Source of the DNA: Malacoraja senta
Taxonomy: Eukaryota
NCBI GenBank assembly: GCA_038087875.1
Contig: CM075990.1
Location: forward strand, 15,750,001 to 15,814,000
Direction of reading: 5' to 3'
Length of the DNA: 64,000 nucleotides
The notes under the pieces were generated by a model. It saw only the letters and a list, made by a program, of their open reading frames with translations, was not told where the DNA came from and searched no databases. This document shows, piece after piece, positions 12,340 to 33,541 of the stretch. Each line of letters opens with the position of its first letter. The stretch's first letter is position 1. A program made the translations under genes and the position numbers.

Positions 12340-13076
12340 TGGGCCTGTCCCACTTAGGTGATTTTTCAGCGGACTGCTGGCAACTGCAAAGGTTACAAAG
12401 CCAAGGTGATACAGACACACACCACGATGAACAGGAAGGTTAAGACGGCTAGCACAATGTACGGTAAATCCTTTAAAAGGGGGGGGAGAAGGGGGGGAGA
12501 AGGGGGGGAGAAGGGGGGAGAAGGGGGGGGTGAAGGGGGGGGGAGAAGGGGGGGGGAGAAGGGGAGAAGAAGGGGGGAAAAAGGGGGGGGGAAAGGGGGG
12601 GAAGAAGGGGGGAGAAGGGGGAGGGGAGAAGGAGTGGAGACACTTTTAAGAAGCCAGATAACTTTTTAATAAACCAGAGATACACAGCTGTGAAGTTCAG
12701 TGGGCATTTAACATTACCAGTCGGTTATCCTTGGTTCTGAAAAGTCCTGCTTATGTTTTTCTCCCCAATGAGCCAATGAAAATGATTGGTCAGCAAAGGC
12801 GATTAACTCAAACTACCTACGACTACCTCGACTACCCATAACTACATGGCGACCCCACTACAACTGCACCTACAGGATTATCGATTTTCTCCATGGCAAC
12901 ATGTTGAAAAATTTGCGCCGACCATACTGAGGCCGCGACTAGTTCCCAGAATGTGGGAACTCCTCGCGACCATGAAGGAGACTCACCAGAGACCACCAGC
13001 GAACATGTGGCGACCATGTGGTGAGCGCAGAGTCTCCTGCACTCGCCTAAACATTCGCCTAAGTGGGACAGGCCCA
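12340..13076. mobile_element. PIF/Harbinger-type MITE
   Basis: TIRs tgggcctgtcccacttagg / cctaagtgggacaggccca with TAA TSDs at 12337-12339 and 13077-13079. Internal G/A-rich tract at 12480-12632. Confidence 0.85.
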
Positions 13077-14100
13077 TAAGGATTCCCAACTGCTTTGTGG
13101 ATGTGAGCACAGGCAACATTTAAACACGTGCACATTCAAATAGACTAGGGCAACATTTCTGCATTAGGGAATAAGAGCTTCTAGATCTTTTATCACAGTA
13201 TAAAGCCAAAAAAAGAGGGGCAGTTTGGGTATAGTGAGACATGGTCGGAGGATATAACCGATAGTCACGTGGATACTAAGCAAGCATCAGGTTAGTGGGC
13301 CAAATGGACTGTTTTCCCATTGCATGATTCTATCTCAGGTAGCAAGAAAGGCAAACACTGGAATAAGTCATAAGAACCTTATTTTCCAAATCGACTTCTA
13401 TAGTTTACACAATCCAACCCTCCCTCAAACCCATTCCCATCACTCCATTTCCTGAGTCCGAGATCAGACCCATCAACCCATCTGCAATTCCCACAACAAT
13501 GCCATGCCCTAACCCCTGACCTTTCTCAAAACCAATCCAACCCAGACCTGGGACAGTGGAGCAAATTCTCCAGCACACTTCATACATTCTAGATCCTCCT
13601 CCTGCCTTGCTATCCTCATCTATTCCATTCAGACAAGAGCAGCCAGATAGGAAAGGATACAATTTACAATCATATTTCAATGTATGTATTGACAACAGAA
13701 TACCAGGAAAAGGTGAAGGTGGACCAAACCCAACCCAGATTAAACACCCCCTTGGACAGTGGAGTGAATTTATTCAGAAACCAGTGACTGTCCAAAGAGT
13801 GAAGGAAACACACACCATTGCAAGATCTCTCAATAAAAGCAGAGGCATTTCTTCTGAAAAATACCATGAGTGGAGGAGAGTTATTTATAAATTAAATACA
13901 TAAATCAATCTCATTGAGTTCCCGTGGACTGATGCTGGAGCTATCTTCCAATCATCTTCAGTCCAGTGGTCTGGAGAGCAGTAACTGTGGATAACTTGCA
14001 TAAGCAACGGGCAAGGACAATGAAGGTGCTGACACCCATGAACCTTGACTTCTGCTGAGGGACACACTTTTCAGTCACTAAAAAACATTCTGCACATGTT

Positions 14101-14418
14101 TACGCAGTGGGAGTGTTGCTGCCTCACAGCGCCAGAGACCCAGGTTCGATCCTGACTACTGGTGTTGTCTGTACGGAGTTTGCACATTCTCCCCATGACC
14201 CTGCATGGATTTTTCCCGGGATCTCTGGTCACCTCCACACTCCAAAGGTGTTCAGGTTTGTATATTAATTGGCTTGGTAAAATTGTACATTTTCCCTAGT
14301 GTGTGTGTGTGTGTGTAGGATAGTGTTAGTGTGTGGGGATTGTTGGTCGACGCGGACTCGGTGGGCCAAAGGGCTTGTTTCCGCACTGTACCTCCAAACT
14401 AAACTAAAATAAACTAAA
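14101..14418 (+). mobile_element. HE1/V-SINE (duplicate at ~21791-22484)
   Basis: B box, V core and (aaact)n tail. Confidence 0.85.
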
Positions 14419-15822
14419 CTAGTGACAAGCATATCCCACCATGTCCTTTTCCCAGTAATTAAACAAATCAGGAGGTATTTTGCGATGAGAACAAATGCAG
14501 GCTCTAGATAGTTAAATCAGCAAAACCTTCAGTGCAAATCAACAAGCACAATTGCCAAATATGGATTGTTCCCAACCTACAGTCCCTGAGGAGTGATGGC
14601 TCTCTCTTCCCTTCAACTATCTACACAACACAGCTACCTCTGACATCAAAAACTCTGATTTTATTCATCACCTTGAAGCTCATTAAACCAATGAAATATT
14701 AATGAGGTGGATGCACCACGGATGAATGGATAATGATAAAGAAAGCTGAAAAACAATTGGCTGTGCAGAAACCTGACAAACAACGCACTCCCCTATAAAC
14801 TCCAGGAGATTAACAAGCATTTAATGAAGCCGAGGCCAGTCCCCGACAGGTTAAATGCAGAAACGGTAGGCAGACGTGACATGCTCCATTACAACCAGTG
14901 CATAGATTGTTCCCAGAGCCACTCTGAAATGCATGGAGCGTCCTGCAGACGTGAAACCAGCGTGAAGCTGTGTTCTCTGACAAAATAACGGGGATTGCAG
15001 AAAAGGCATCATCTAACCTCTTCTGCAATTCAAACAGCAGTCACTCCGTGTTAGGTTATTCTCTTTGGGGCAGTTACTGCTGATTTACAACAGGACAAAA
15101 TATATTAATCGTCAAATCGTAAAATACAGTATGTAGAGCACAGGAGGCGGGCGGTGAATCCTTTGACTCCAGGTCAGTCAAAAACAGACTTTACTTTAAT
15201 CCCACCTCTTGGTCTGTAGTTCTGCAGTTTACGACTCTTCAACTAATGCAAGTACATCTAACTGTGCTGAGGGTTCCTGCCTTCACCACCCTCTCGAGCA
15301 GAGAGTTCTTGAATCCTACCACTCATGACTGAAATTACTTTTTCTCAGCTCTCAGCCAGTCCTTCTCCAAATTAACTTAAATCCACACCCTCGAGTTACT
15401 ACCCACTCGGCTAGGGGAAATTAGTTCTTTCTAGTAATTCTGTTTTGGCTTTTCGTAACTTGACACAATTCACCCAAATCAGGCTGAATAATCTATGTTC
15501 CAAAAAGACAAGTGTGTCTCTGCTCAGGACTATAACTCTCCAGCCCAGGTAACATCCTCATACATCTATACTGCTGCCCTACTACTAAGGTTGCTCTACT
15601 TATTTTGATATTGCAATATCATGATCTAGTTTAATGATGATTGATATAAATAACTGATAACTGATGATTATATATTTGTTGTTGTTGCTGTGTCTCATAT
15701 GCCTGTAGCATGCAACAATTCACTTGTTCCGGTTCATATTAAACTAAATTACAGCCCAATGAGTGGGATTATTATGGCCATAATACTCTAGCCCACAGCA
15801 CATAACTACAGACAGGGAAACA

Positions 15823-16447
15823 CGATGGTGCAGAGATAGATTTGCAACCTCACAGCACTAGAGACGCGGGTTCGATCCTGACTACGGGTGCTGTCTGTAG
15901 GAGTTTGTACATTCTGGTTTCCTCCCACATACCAAAGACCTGCAGGTTTGTAGGTTAATTGGCTTCTGTAAATTGTCTCAAGAGTGTAGGATAATAATAA
16001 TAATAATAATAATACATTTTATTTATGGGTGCCTTATACCAAAGTCTCAAGGACACCTTACAGAGTTTAACAAGTACGAAAGACATCACCAATACACAAA
16101 TTAAAGACAGAATTTGATCCAAAAACACACAAAAAAAACCAACAACAAAAAATCAGAAACACAATGTGAAGAGAGAGCAGCGGCAGCTAAACCGCGCCAG
16201 CGTCCACTCTCCCTTCCGACCGCCATCTTGGACACAGACTAAAGTAGACACAGCATACAAAAATCATCCCCCCACAATGGTTACCACTGTGGGGGAAAGC
16301 ACAATGTCCAGTCCCCATCCCCAGTTCTCCCAAAGTCAGGCCTATTGAGACCTCCGCTATTGCCTCTACGGATAGAACTAGTGTACGGGGTGATCATTGG
16401 TCGGCACGGAATCGGCGAGCCGAAGGGCCTGTTTCCTCACTGTATCA
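15823..16447 (+). mobile_element. HE1/V-SINE interrupted by a minus-strand L2-like 3' fragment (15991-16370)
   Basis: SINE head and tail are separated by an insert with a (TTA)n tail and a gtaaggtgtccttgag...aaggcacc end. ggata is repeated at both junctions. Confidence 0.7.
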
Positions 16448-16799
16448 CCAAACGGTGACTGGTGCTGGAAGCCAAGTAGATGGAAGGTGGAAACATTAAG
16501 GGAAAATATAAGAAATAAAGTAGCTTAAAGAAGAAAACACAGTTGGCATGAGTTGCATGTTGCAATAAGACAACTACTGGAGCAATGCAGACAGTGCTGG
16601 ATAAAGCACCACAGCAAGCCAGAGTGTGGTAAAGGAGGAAGAGAAGATAAATGCAACAACCCAACCTATCTACAAGCAGCAAAGGAAGGCCTCTGGAGAG
16701 GGGAATACTCAGGGGAGATGTTGCACAAACCTACAAGAACCTCAAAGGGAAAAGACAAATCACACCTGGCATGAGATCGTGTGATCGCACTCCAGAACA

Positions 16800-17070
16800 C
16801 ATTAGATTAGATTAGATTTTATTACTTGTCATTTGAACCTCAGAGAGGCTCAAACGAAACTCCGTTTCCACAGCCATACAAACAAAACAATTCCTACACG
16901 ACACACAAACAATTCAATTTACAGAAAGACATCCATCACAGTGAATCTCCTCCTCACTGTGATGGAAGGCAAAGTCTTTTCTCTCCCCTGCACCATTTTT
17001 CTCCCGATGTTGAAGCCCCAGGCGGGCAATGTTAAGTCCCACGGCCATTTTAGGCCACGCCGGGCGGTGT
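16800..17070 (-). mobile_element. Non-LTR 3' UTR fragment (same family as 61920-62435)
   Basis: Shares the gccttccatcacagtgagg...ttcactgtgatggatgt hairpin and a short-unit tail. Confidence 0.6.
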
Positions 17071-17521
17071 ACATCTCAACTCAACTCAATCAGGGGGTTG
17101 GTTCTACCTCATGGAGTGTGAGCAATGTGGCTAGTCAGGCAAAACGAAAGATAATAAAATAAGTTTTCATTTAGTAAGGAGGAGCAGTCACTGTTGTAGG
17201 AAGCATAACAACCAATTACTGCACCATAGGCTCCGGCAAAACAATAACGTCATAGTTAATAGAAAATCTGTTCTTTGGTGGAGCTGGCTGGGAGAGTAAT
17301 ATTCCACACAATACCTAGAACAAAATTGCATCAAAGAGTCTCGTACATTAACACAAGAACGCACCAGATGTCATAAGGTCATAAAGAATAGGAGTAGAAT
17401 TAGGCCATTCGGCCCATCAAGGCCACTCCGCCATTCAATCATGGCTGCTCTATCTCTCCCTCCTCACCCCATTCTCCGGGCTTCTCCCCATAACCTCCGA
17501 CACCTGTACTAATCAAGAATC

Positions 17522-17808
17522 ATGATGCAGCAGTAAAGGTGCTGCCTCACAGCGCCAGGGACCCGGGCTTGATCCTCCTGACTATTGGTGCCGTCTGTAC
17601 GGAGTTTGTACGTTCTCCCCGCGTCCTGCGTGGGTTTTCCCCAAGATCTTCGGTTTCCTCCCACACTCCAAAGATGTACATGTTAATCGGCTTGGTATTA
17701 ATGTGAATTGACCCTAGTGTGCGTAGAATAGTGTTAATGTGCAGGGATCACTGGTCGGTGAGGACTCGGTGGCCAAAAAGTCCTGTTTCCCCACTGTATC
17801 TCTAAACT
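17522..17808 (+). mobile_element. HE1/V-SINE (duplicate at ~25602-25888)
   Basis: Full SINE body. Confidence 0.8.
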
Positions 17809-18261
17809 AGAAATATTCCAATGTTAAAGTTGGCATCTCTGACAATGCAGCACTCTCTTTTGTTAAACAGACAAGTCAGACTTAAATTTTACACCCAGCT
17901 CCAAAATGGTCAATTACTTAGTGGCAAACTTGAAATCGGAACTCCGTCCATCTATTCTGTGTGTAGCTCTGATATTTTTGGCTTTTCCCCAATATATTGT
18001 TACTATGCAGATTATATCCTTGGGATATTTTTCATCATTGAATAGACGCAACTTGTTTATGTGCAGCCACGCAACTCAGAAACCATCTGCGCCTCCTGCA
18101 GACAACAAAACACCCCTTTCCTGCACTCTACCAAACACAAGCAAATGTAATCGAACATCTCTGTGCCAGATTGGGCTCAAGGGTGTTGTGATTGCTGTCC
18201 TGTCCTTGTGTGTGTGCACTCCATCTACAGGAACAGTCTGGGCCCATCACGAGCAAGGGGG

Positions 18262-18783
18262 TCATAGGATCATAAGAGATAGGAGCAGAATTAGGCCATT
18301 TGGTCCATCAAGTCAACTTCGACATTTAATCTATCTCTCCCTCCTAACCCCATTCTCCTGACTTCTCCCCATAACCTCTGACAGCCGTACTAATCAAGAA
18401 TCTATCTCTCTGCCTTAAATATAACCAATGACTTTGCCTCCACAGCCTCTGTGGCAAAGAATTCCACAGGTTCACCACCCTCGGACTAAAGAAATTCCTC
18501 CTCACCGCCTTCTGAAAAGAATATCCTATAATTCTGAGGCTATGACCTCTAGTGCTAGACTCTCCCACTAGTGGAAATATCCTCTCCACATCCACTGTCT
18601 CCAAGCCTTTCACTATTCTGTATGTTTCAATGAGGTCCCCCCTCATTCTTCTAAACCCCAGCAAGTACAGGCCCAGTGCCAACAAACACTCATCATAGGT
18701 TAACCTACTCATTCCTGGGATCATTGTTGTAAACCTCCTCTGGCTCAGAGCCAGCACATCCTTCCTCAGATACAGTGCCCAAA
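18262..18783 (-). mobile_element. CR1 3' fragment (duplicate at ~26340-26862)
   Basis: QRRFTTMIPGMSRLTY...RRMRGDLIETY...FFSPRVVNLWNSLP. Confidence 0.9.
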
Positions 18784-18784
18784 T

Positions 18785-19130
18785 GGTGGGACAGTGAGAG
18801 AGAGTTGTGGTTATACACTGGCTTCAGGCTGACAGGCCAATGCTGAACAGAGTGAATGCTTTTCTGTTGAAAGTGCTTTCTTCCTTTCATTTAAGATATT
18901 GAACTGGGGACTTCATGGCTCCAATCAAAAATACCTGTAGCAGTCTCCCCATTGTTCCAGCCTGTATCTGCCTCTTTCTTAATATCAGGTCCTGTCACAT
19001 TATCTTTGGTAGAAGCTTCACGTGTGCAAACTAGCGGCTCAGTTTCCTATGTCGTATCACTGACTACACTTCATATGTATCCCATCGGTTACAAAGCAAT
19101 TGGGATGTACCCGAGTTGTTTCAGAAAATG
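18785..19130 (+). mobile_element. Old DeuSINE (SacSINE1-like) copy (duplicate at ~26865-27210)
   Basis: tgtgcaaactagcggctcagtttcctatg...tgactacacttca...tcggttacaaagc resembles the recalled Deu-domain consensus. Confidence 0.55.
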
Positions 19131-19327
19131 TGAATCTGGCTTTGTCTAACTGAGCCATGAATTCCATCACTACAGCACACGAGAAAATTAAATCCTGGAT
19201 TGATCGAGATTAAAGTATACAATTTAACATATAGTCAGTGCCCACACCAAACTGCGATCACCCCAAGCCCACTGCATCAACATTTTAAAAGAATGAATCA
19301 ACTTATTTTTAATTGAATGTTTGTATA

Positions 19328-20028
19328 GAGAGGAACTGCAGATGCTGGTTTAAACCGAAGATAGACACAAAAAGCTGGACTAACTCAGCGGATCAGTCAG
19401 CATACCCATAAAGGAATAGGTGGCATTTTGGGTCGAGAACCTTCTTCAGACTGAGTCAGGGGAAAGGTAAACAAGAGATATAGACGGTGATGTAGAGAGA
19501 TATAGAACAAATGAATGATAAATATAGTCAGAGTATGGCCAAATGCAAATTGGAGGAACAGCACCTCATATTTTGCTGGGGCAGCTTACAACCCAATGAT
19601 TTTGCTGTGGCAGCTTACAATGACTTTTGATTTCTCTAACTTCAAGTAACCATTGCAACCCTCTCGCTCTGTCCTTCCCCCACCCAAGTCATTGTACTAG
19701 CTACAAAGTCGTCTTGTTGAGTCTCGTGTTTAAGAAGGAACTGTAGATGTTGGAAAAATCGAAGGTAGACAAAAATGCTGGAGAAACTCAGCGGGTGAGG
19801 CAGCATCTATGGAGCGAAGAAGAAGGGTCTCGACCCGAAACGTCACCTATTCCTTCGCTCCATAGATGCTGCCTCACCCGCTCAGTTTCTCCAGCATTTA
19901 TGTCTACCTTTGTTGAGTCTCATTGTATGTAACTCGTTTTCACCCAGGCCACCGCTAACAATGGCCTGTCTCCCTCATCATCGTTACCTTTTTGCATATC
20001 TTTCATTCATTTGTTCTATATCTCTCCA
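19328..20028 (+). mobile_element. Penelope-like element 3' end with inverted pLTR and a nested fold-back insert (19726-19909)
   Basis: ORF C-terminal remnant KLEEQHLIFCWGSLQPN...DFSNFK* at 19547-19649. 19493-19523 is complementary to 19996-20025. The nested insert has a 12-bp TSD ttgttgagtctc. Confidence 0.8.
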
Positions 20029-20451
20029 TAGCTTAAGAATTTCAGGACCCGGAGACAGGAAATGGAGGGAATCAGAAACAGAAGGAGGTGGTGATCTCCG
20101 AGGGTCATAGAGATAGGGAGGGCTGGATTAATGGAGTAATTTGAAAACCTAAACAAGAATATTCTTATCGACGTGGAACTCAAACTGGGACAGGCTCAGA
20201 TCAGCAAATCCCAGGGTAATGGCTGAATGGATTTGGTTTATTGGAGGGATTAAATGTAGGGAGAGTAACATGCATTAGTGTCCGACCAGTGTAAGCAGAA
20301 TTGTGAGCTAAAAATTGTGATTCCTTCAGAGAAGAAAACTAGCAGGCTTTTCTTCTCCAGGTAATAATTGATCCGGTATGAATTATTTAGGTCGGGAAGA
20401 AAATTGTTTGAATTATTACAAAAAAGGAAATCATGAAAAGAAAAATGGATT

Positions 20452-20651
20452 NNNNNNNNNNNNNNNNNNNNNNNNNNNNNNNNNNNNNNNNNNNNNNNNN
20501 NNNNNNNNNNNNNNNNNNNNNNNNNNNNNNNNNNNNNNNNNNNNNNNNNNNNNNNNNNNNNNNNNNNNNNNNNNNNNNNNNNNNNNNNNNNNNNNNNNNN
20601 NNNNNNNNNNNNNNNNNNNNNNNNNNNNNNNNNNNNNNNNNNNNNNNNNNN
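20452..20651. other. Assembly gap (200 N)
   Basis: Run of exactly 200 n. Confidence 0.99.
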
Positions 20652-28560
<7,909 letters not shown>

Positions 28561-30324
28561 TGGTTTATTTGCAGAGAGCCCTGCATCTCCGTTCATATTT
28601 TTGCCCAGGCTCTTTCTCAGTAAAAGACGTCATCATCCCACTTTGGAAAACAAGCATCATCTTGTCTGGGCAAGTGGAGAGCACAGGATAAACAGAAAAT
28701 CACTACCGTCACAAGGTTATGAAGTGCAAATGGTCTCAATATGATTTACATCATCACACAGTGTACGTACAGGCATTCTTGTGAAGACAGACACTTGATG
28801 TAGCAAATGATAGTTGGTTCAGATTCATAAAGTCCACTAACATATTGCTGGGCGCTGAACCACTGCTTACACTGCACGGCTGTTGTTAGGCCAACTTTAT
28901 AACATTTACTTGAAGTTAGGTTAGATCATTTTTCACCTTAATGGTATTCTGTTGCCTTCTGGCTAAACTCTTTCAGAGTCATCACATTCATGCTGGTGTC
29001 TCGCGTGGTTCCATTTATTGTTTAAACAACGAAATTACAAGAGGCCTGCAGCAGCCATACTTTAACCTTAATAGCAGATTAGGTGGAAGTGGCCAATAAT
29101 AATGGACCACAACTGGTGTCGGTAATATAACCTGCTGCAATATAACCTAAGATTTTAACTTTGAGTGTCACGGCTGTTGCATTGGTACCAGTCAACGCGC
29201 CAGGGGCCATGCAATTAAATTTAAATTTGTCAACTTTTGGTGAGGCACCTTCAGGATTGCTGGTGAATATGTGTATCTGCACACCCATAATCTCTTTGAT
29301 GGCTACATTGTGTTGAGAGAAAATAAACTGTGCATGCTAGGGTCTTGTGCAGATTACAAAGTGCTGGAGGAACTCAACGCATCTCATGACATTTGAGGTT
29401 GGGACCTTTCCTCAGACTCGTTGTAGTAAGGCGGGAAGAAAGCAGGAAGGGAGATGCGGGTAGGACAAATCCCGGCAAGTGATAGGTGGATACAGGAGAA
29501 GTGGTGGGGAGGGGAGGGGGGGTGTGGAGAGGTTGATTGCCACATGGATGGATGACATCTTGAAATGAAAAAGAGACAAAAGGAAACAAGGAGACAAAAG
29601 GTTGTCAGGCAAAGAGAAAAGAGAAGTGATGGCATTACATTAGGTGGTGCTGATTGTTGGACGTCTCAGTCGGCCTGCACCATGCTGTTTCATGTGGTAA
29701 AACACTCCTGACATTTGCAGCCTCAAACCTCAGATCTCCGTGGCCTTCCGAGCTGAAATCTGGCATCTCCTTTCTCAAATCATTCTCTGTTTGCCCAGAT
29801 AATGTGGCTGAGCCTCACCAAACCACTCCTTTAAATCCTGACCCCACCAGTGAACCCTCGGTTCTTCACCTCTGCTTATTCACCAGTCACTGGGAAGCTG
29901 AGACACAACCCAGTAAAATGGAGGCACGAGGTACTGCAGATGATGGAATCCTGAGCAAAACGCAAAGTGCCGGAGATACTCAATGGGTCAGGCAGCATTC
30001 TCAGAAGGAAATGGACAGATGAAGTTTTGGGTTGGGACCCTCCTTCAAACCGCTTCGGAGTCTGAGGAAGGGTCTGGACCCGATGCATCACCTGCCGTAT
30101 CCCTTCACAGATGCCGCCTGACCTGCTGAATCCCTCCAGCACTGTTGTGCTCAAGAGGCAATCCAGTGCCAGGAGGCCCCATTCAGTGTGAAGCAACACT
30201 GCGGGGAAGCAGTCTGGCAAACCTCAACACCCAACTCCTCCCCCACCCGGACCAGCCAAGATAAAACCTTCTTGTGGCAAATGGAAGATGATCTGATGGC
30301 TGACAACAGTCCTTTGTTTACAAG

Positions 30325-30960
30325 GTGACGCAGGTCATAGAATTACTGCCTCAAAGCTCCAGTGTCCAATGTTCAATCCTAACTTTGGATGCTGTCCTGT
30401 GTGGAGTTCACAATTTCCACCTGTTTTGGTTTAGGTTTATTATTGTCATGTGTACCGAGGTACGGTGAAAAGCTTCGCTTTGCATGTTATCCAAACAGGT
30501 CAGATTTACCCGACATAAAGCCAATCAAGTCAAACTCAAGTACAATGGATACAGCAAAGGGAAAGATACAGAGTGCAGAATATAGTTCTCAGCATCGAAG
30601 TGCATCAGTTCCATAGACAAAGTCCAATGTCCGCAATGGGGTAGAGGTGAATTGGCCAGTGGCCTCGCTTGTGGAAGGACCATTCAGAAACCTGATAACA
30701 GAGGGGAAAAAGTTCTTCATGTGTCTGAGTTGATCACATAGGTTTCTCCCGAGTGCTCCAGTTTCCTCCCATGTCCCAAAGACATGTAGGTTGAGAGGTG
30801 AATTGGCCACTGTAAGTTGTCCCTGGTATGAAGATGGGTGGTAGCAACTGGGGGGGGGGGGGGGGTTGATGAGAATGTAGGGGGAATAACATGTAGTGTC
30901 GGACCAGTGTAAGCGGGTTGACATAGAATTGTGAGCTAAAAGGTGTTTCTGTGCTACACC
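30325..30960. mobile_element. V-SINE interrupted by a minus-strand Rex/Babar tail (30430-30720)
   Basis: Degenerate SINE head and core flank ttattattgtcatgtgtaccgaggtac. Confidence 0.65.
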
Positions 30961-31334
30961 CCTCTGTGATTCCTTCAGAGAAGAAAACTAACGGGCTTTT
31001 CTTTTCCAGGTGATAATTGACAGTGCAGTATGAATTATTTAGATTGGGAAGAAAAATGTTTAAATTATTACATAAAGGAAATCATGAAAAGTGAAATTGT
31101 CTATCAAGATCAGGCTCACTGAAGTAACTGGGAATTGTTAGCCAGAAGCAAGTTCCCGTCAATCACCCAACACCATCACACCTGCCTGTCAGTCCTGCCT
31201 GCTCCATCACAGATCATCCCTTTCAATTCTCTTCTCTCCGCTCCGCACCCCTCTCTGCATTATGAAACTTGTCTGCAACATTCCCCAGTTCTGTAGCAAG
31301 CCCATTGGCCTGAAATATTCAAACACGGACACCC

Positions 31335-31600
31335 ATCAACAAAGAGGATTGCAGAGAGTGGTGAACACTGCCCAGTCCATCACGGGTACTGACCTCCCCA
31401 CCTTCGAAGGGATCTACAGGAGTCGCTGCCTCAAAAAGGCCGCCAATATCATCAGAGACCCACGCCACCCTGGCCACAATCACGTTTCACTCCTGCCCTC
31501 GGGAAGAAGGTACAGGAGCCTGAAAACTAATAATGAGCAGGTTCAGGAACAGCTTCTTCCCTACAACCATCAGGCTATTAAACTCTACAACCTCCAAACA
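31335..31600 (+). mobile_element. Rex/Babar LINE ORF C-terminal fragment
   Basis: LQRVVNTAQSITGTDLPTFEGIYRSRCLKKAANIIRDPRHPGH...LLPSGRRYRSL. Confidence 0.85.
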
Positions 31601-32399
31601 AGCAACATCTCCATTTCTATTCACTGTAGGTATATGAGAAGGCAAGAATGATTGGAAATGTTTGGTCAAATCTCAATATCACCAATAAATAACCCACAAA
31701 CAACAAAAGGTAATGTGGTAGTTTAGTTACCAAACTAACAGTGTCAGAGTTCTAGACTATTGAATCAAAGACAATGTTTAGAATTTCAACAACAAAAAAA
31801 TTGTTTTAAACAACCTACTTAAAGAAAATGAATGAGTTAAACTTTGTATGAACTGCATCCTTGAAGGTAATGGACTGTTGTAAAGATCCACTTGGCTCAC
31901 TCGTGTCCTACGGGGAGCTAATCTAGTCTGGCCACCTTGTGATTGCAGACAATAAATAGTTCAATACAAGGGTGAAGAGGTTAAAAGTATAGATGGAGAT
32001 GGCTGAACATGCTACACAATGCCAAAGTTGTGGTACGGCAAAGTTCAAGTGGGGAATGTAACAAGTCAGTGAGTAATAACATGGGATGTAACATTAGATC
32101 AGGATCCTAGAGTTTCAGGAGATTAGTTTTTGGTGTCAGGAAATAGTTGCACAGATTCCACATACCTGATTTACACATTTTCCTTTGTGGGTAATCCCCG
32201 ATAAAATAAGCTGCTTGTGACTTGTGGCCTTAATGGGCTAAATGACTGATTGCTCGTCACCATTAGAGAAGTTGTACCCTATGGGAGTGTGCGGTGACAG
32301 GAAGGACTTTAGTGGTCTTTGAAGCTCATCCTTCTAATTCATGCCCTTCTTTCAGAGTCATCAGGCCAATGAATATCTCTCAATATCACCGTCTCAATA

Positions 32400-32527
32400 T
32401 CACTCATTTCCCTTTCCGCTGACTCTCAGTCTGATGAAGGGTCTCGACCCGAAACCTCACCTATTCCTTTTCTCCAGAGGTGCTGCCTGACCCGTTGAGT
32501 TACTCCAGCTTTTTGTGTCTATCTTCA
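32400..32527 (+). mobile_element. Penelope-like pLTR with hammerhead-like core
   Basis: ctgatgaagggtctcgacccgaaacctc at 32431-32458. Confidence 0.75.
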
Positions 32528-32914
32528 GTGTTCGCTTATTTTCTCTGCAGGCAAAGGCAACAGGGAGAATTTATTGAAGCATGAAAATACACTTGTTCTC
32601 CTTGCCTGATTTCTCCCCATTCAGCCACAAAGGGTGGACTTGCATTCATGTGTCAGCAACAATTTGTTTTTTGCATGGATTTAGCAGAAATTGTTTAGCT
32701 TAGCGATACAGCATGGAAACAGGCCCTTCGGCCCACCCAGTCCACACTGCACTAATGAATGGTGTGGCACCAATCATTCTTGCACCGATGAATTGCATCT
32801 GTTCAGTCCACCATCCTTGCATTTGCTCTTTGAAAGAATTATCCAATTGATCCCACTCTCGAATGCTTATAAATTTGACTGATTCTTCTTTAGTCTGACA
32901 AAGTGGCCTGACTT

Positions 32915-33541
32915 ACAGCGCGGAAACAGGACCTTCAGCCCGCTAAGTCGGCACTGAATGATGATTACCCTGTACACCAACACTACCCTACACACTGGGC
33001 AGAATTTTTACTGAAGCCTAATTAATCTGCAAACCTAGACGTCTTTGGTGTGTGGGAAGAAACTGGAGCACCTGGACAAAACCCATGTGGTCACAGGGAG
33101 AATGGACAAAGTCCATACAGACAGCACCCATCGTGTATCTGCATCAAGGAAACACAGCTATGGGGCAACAGATCTACCACCATGTGTTGTCACAAGTTTA
33201 TGGTTCTAGAACTGGTCAACAAAAAATATATTAACATTCGCACAGGTAGCGCAGCGGTAGAGTTGCTGCCTTACAGCACCAGTGACCCGGGTTCAATCCT
33301 GACTACGGGTGCTTGCCTGTATGGAGTTTCTACGTTCTCCCTGTGACCGCGTGGGTTTTCTCCGGGATCTCTGGATTCCTCCCACATTCCAAAGACGTAC
33401 AGGTTTATAGGTTAATTTGCTTGGTATAATTGTAAATAGACCTAGTGTGTGTAGGACAGTGTTAGAGCGCGGGGATCGCTGGTAGGCACAGACTCGGCAG
33501 GCCAAAGGACCCGTTTACATGCTGTATCTCTAAACTAAACT
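32915..33541. mobile_element. Two HE1/V-SINEs head to head (minus 32915-33185, plus 33241-33541)
   Basis: SINE cores in opposite orientations. actggtcaacaaaaaatata occurs on both sides of the plus copy. Confidence 0.8.

Larger units (their letters stand above)
12915..20451 (+). repeat. Duplicated block, copy 1 (~7.5 kb)
   Basis: Colinear and near-identical to 20652-28560, from gcgccgaccatactgagg to aaaaatggatt. Confidence 0.97.

Noticed and set aside
18830..18870. Possible KCNMA1 exon 3 (ttcagcattgg on the minus strand)
   Set aside because: It does not translate to VVLVFALSIGALVIYF and lies in an old SINE.
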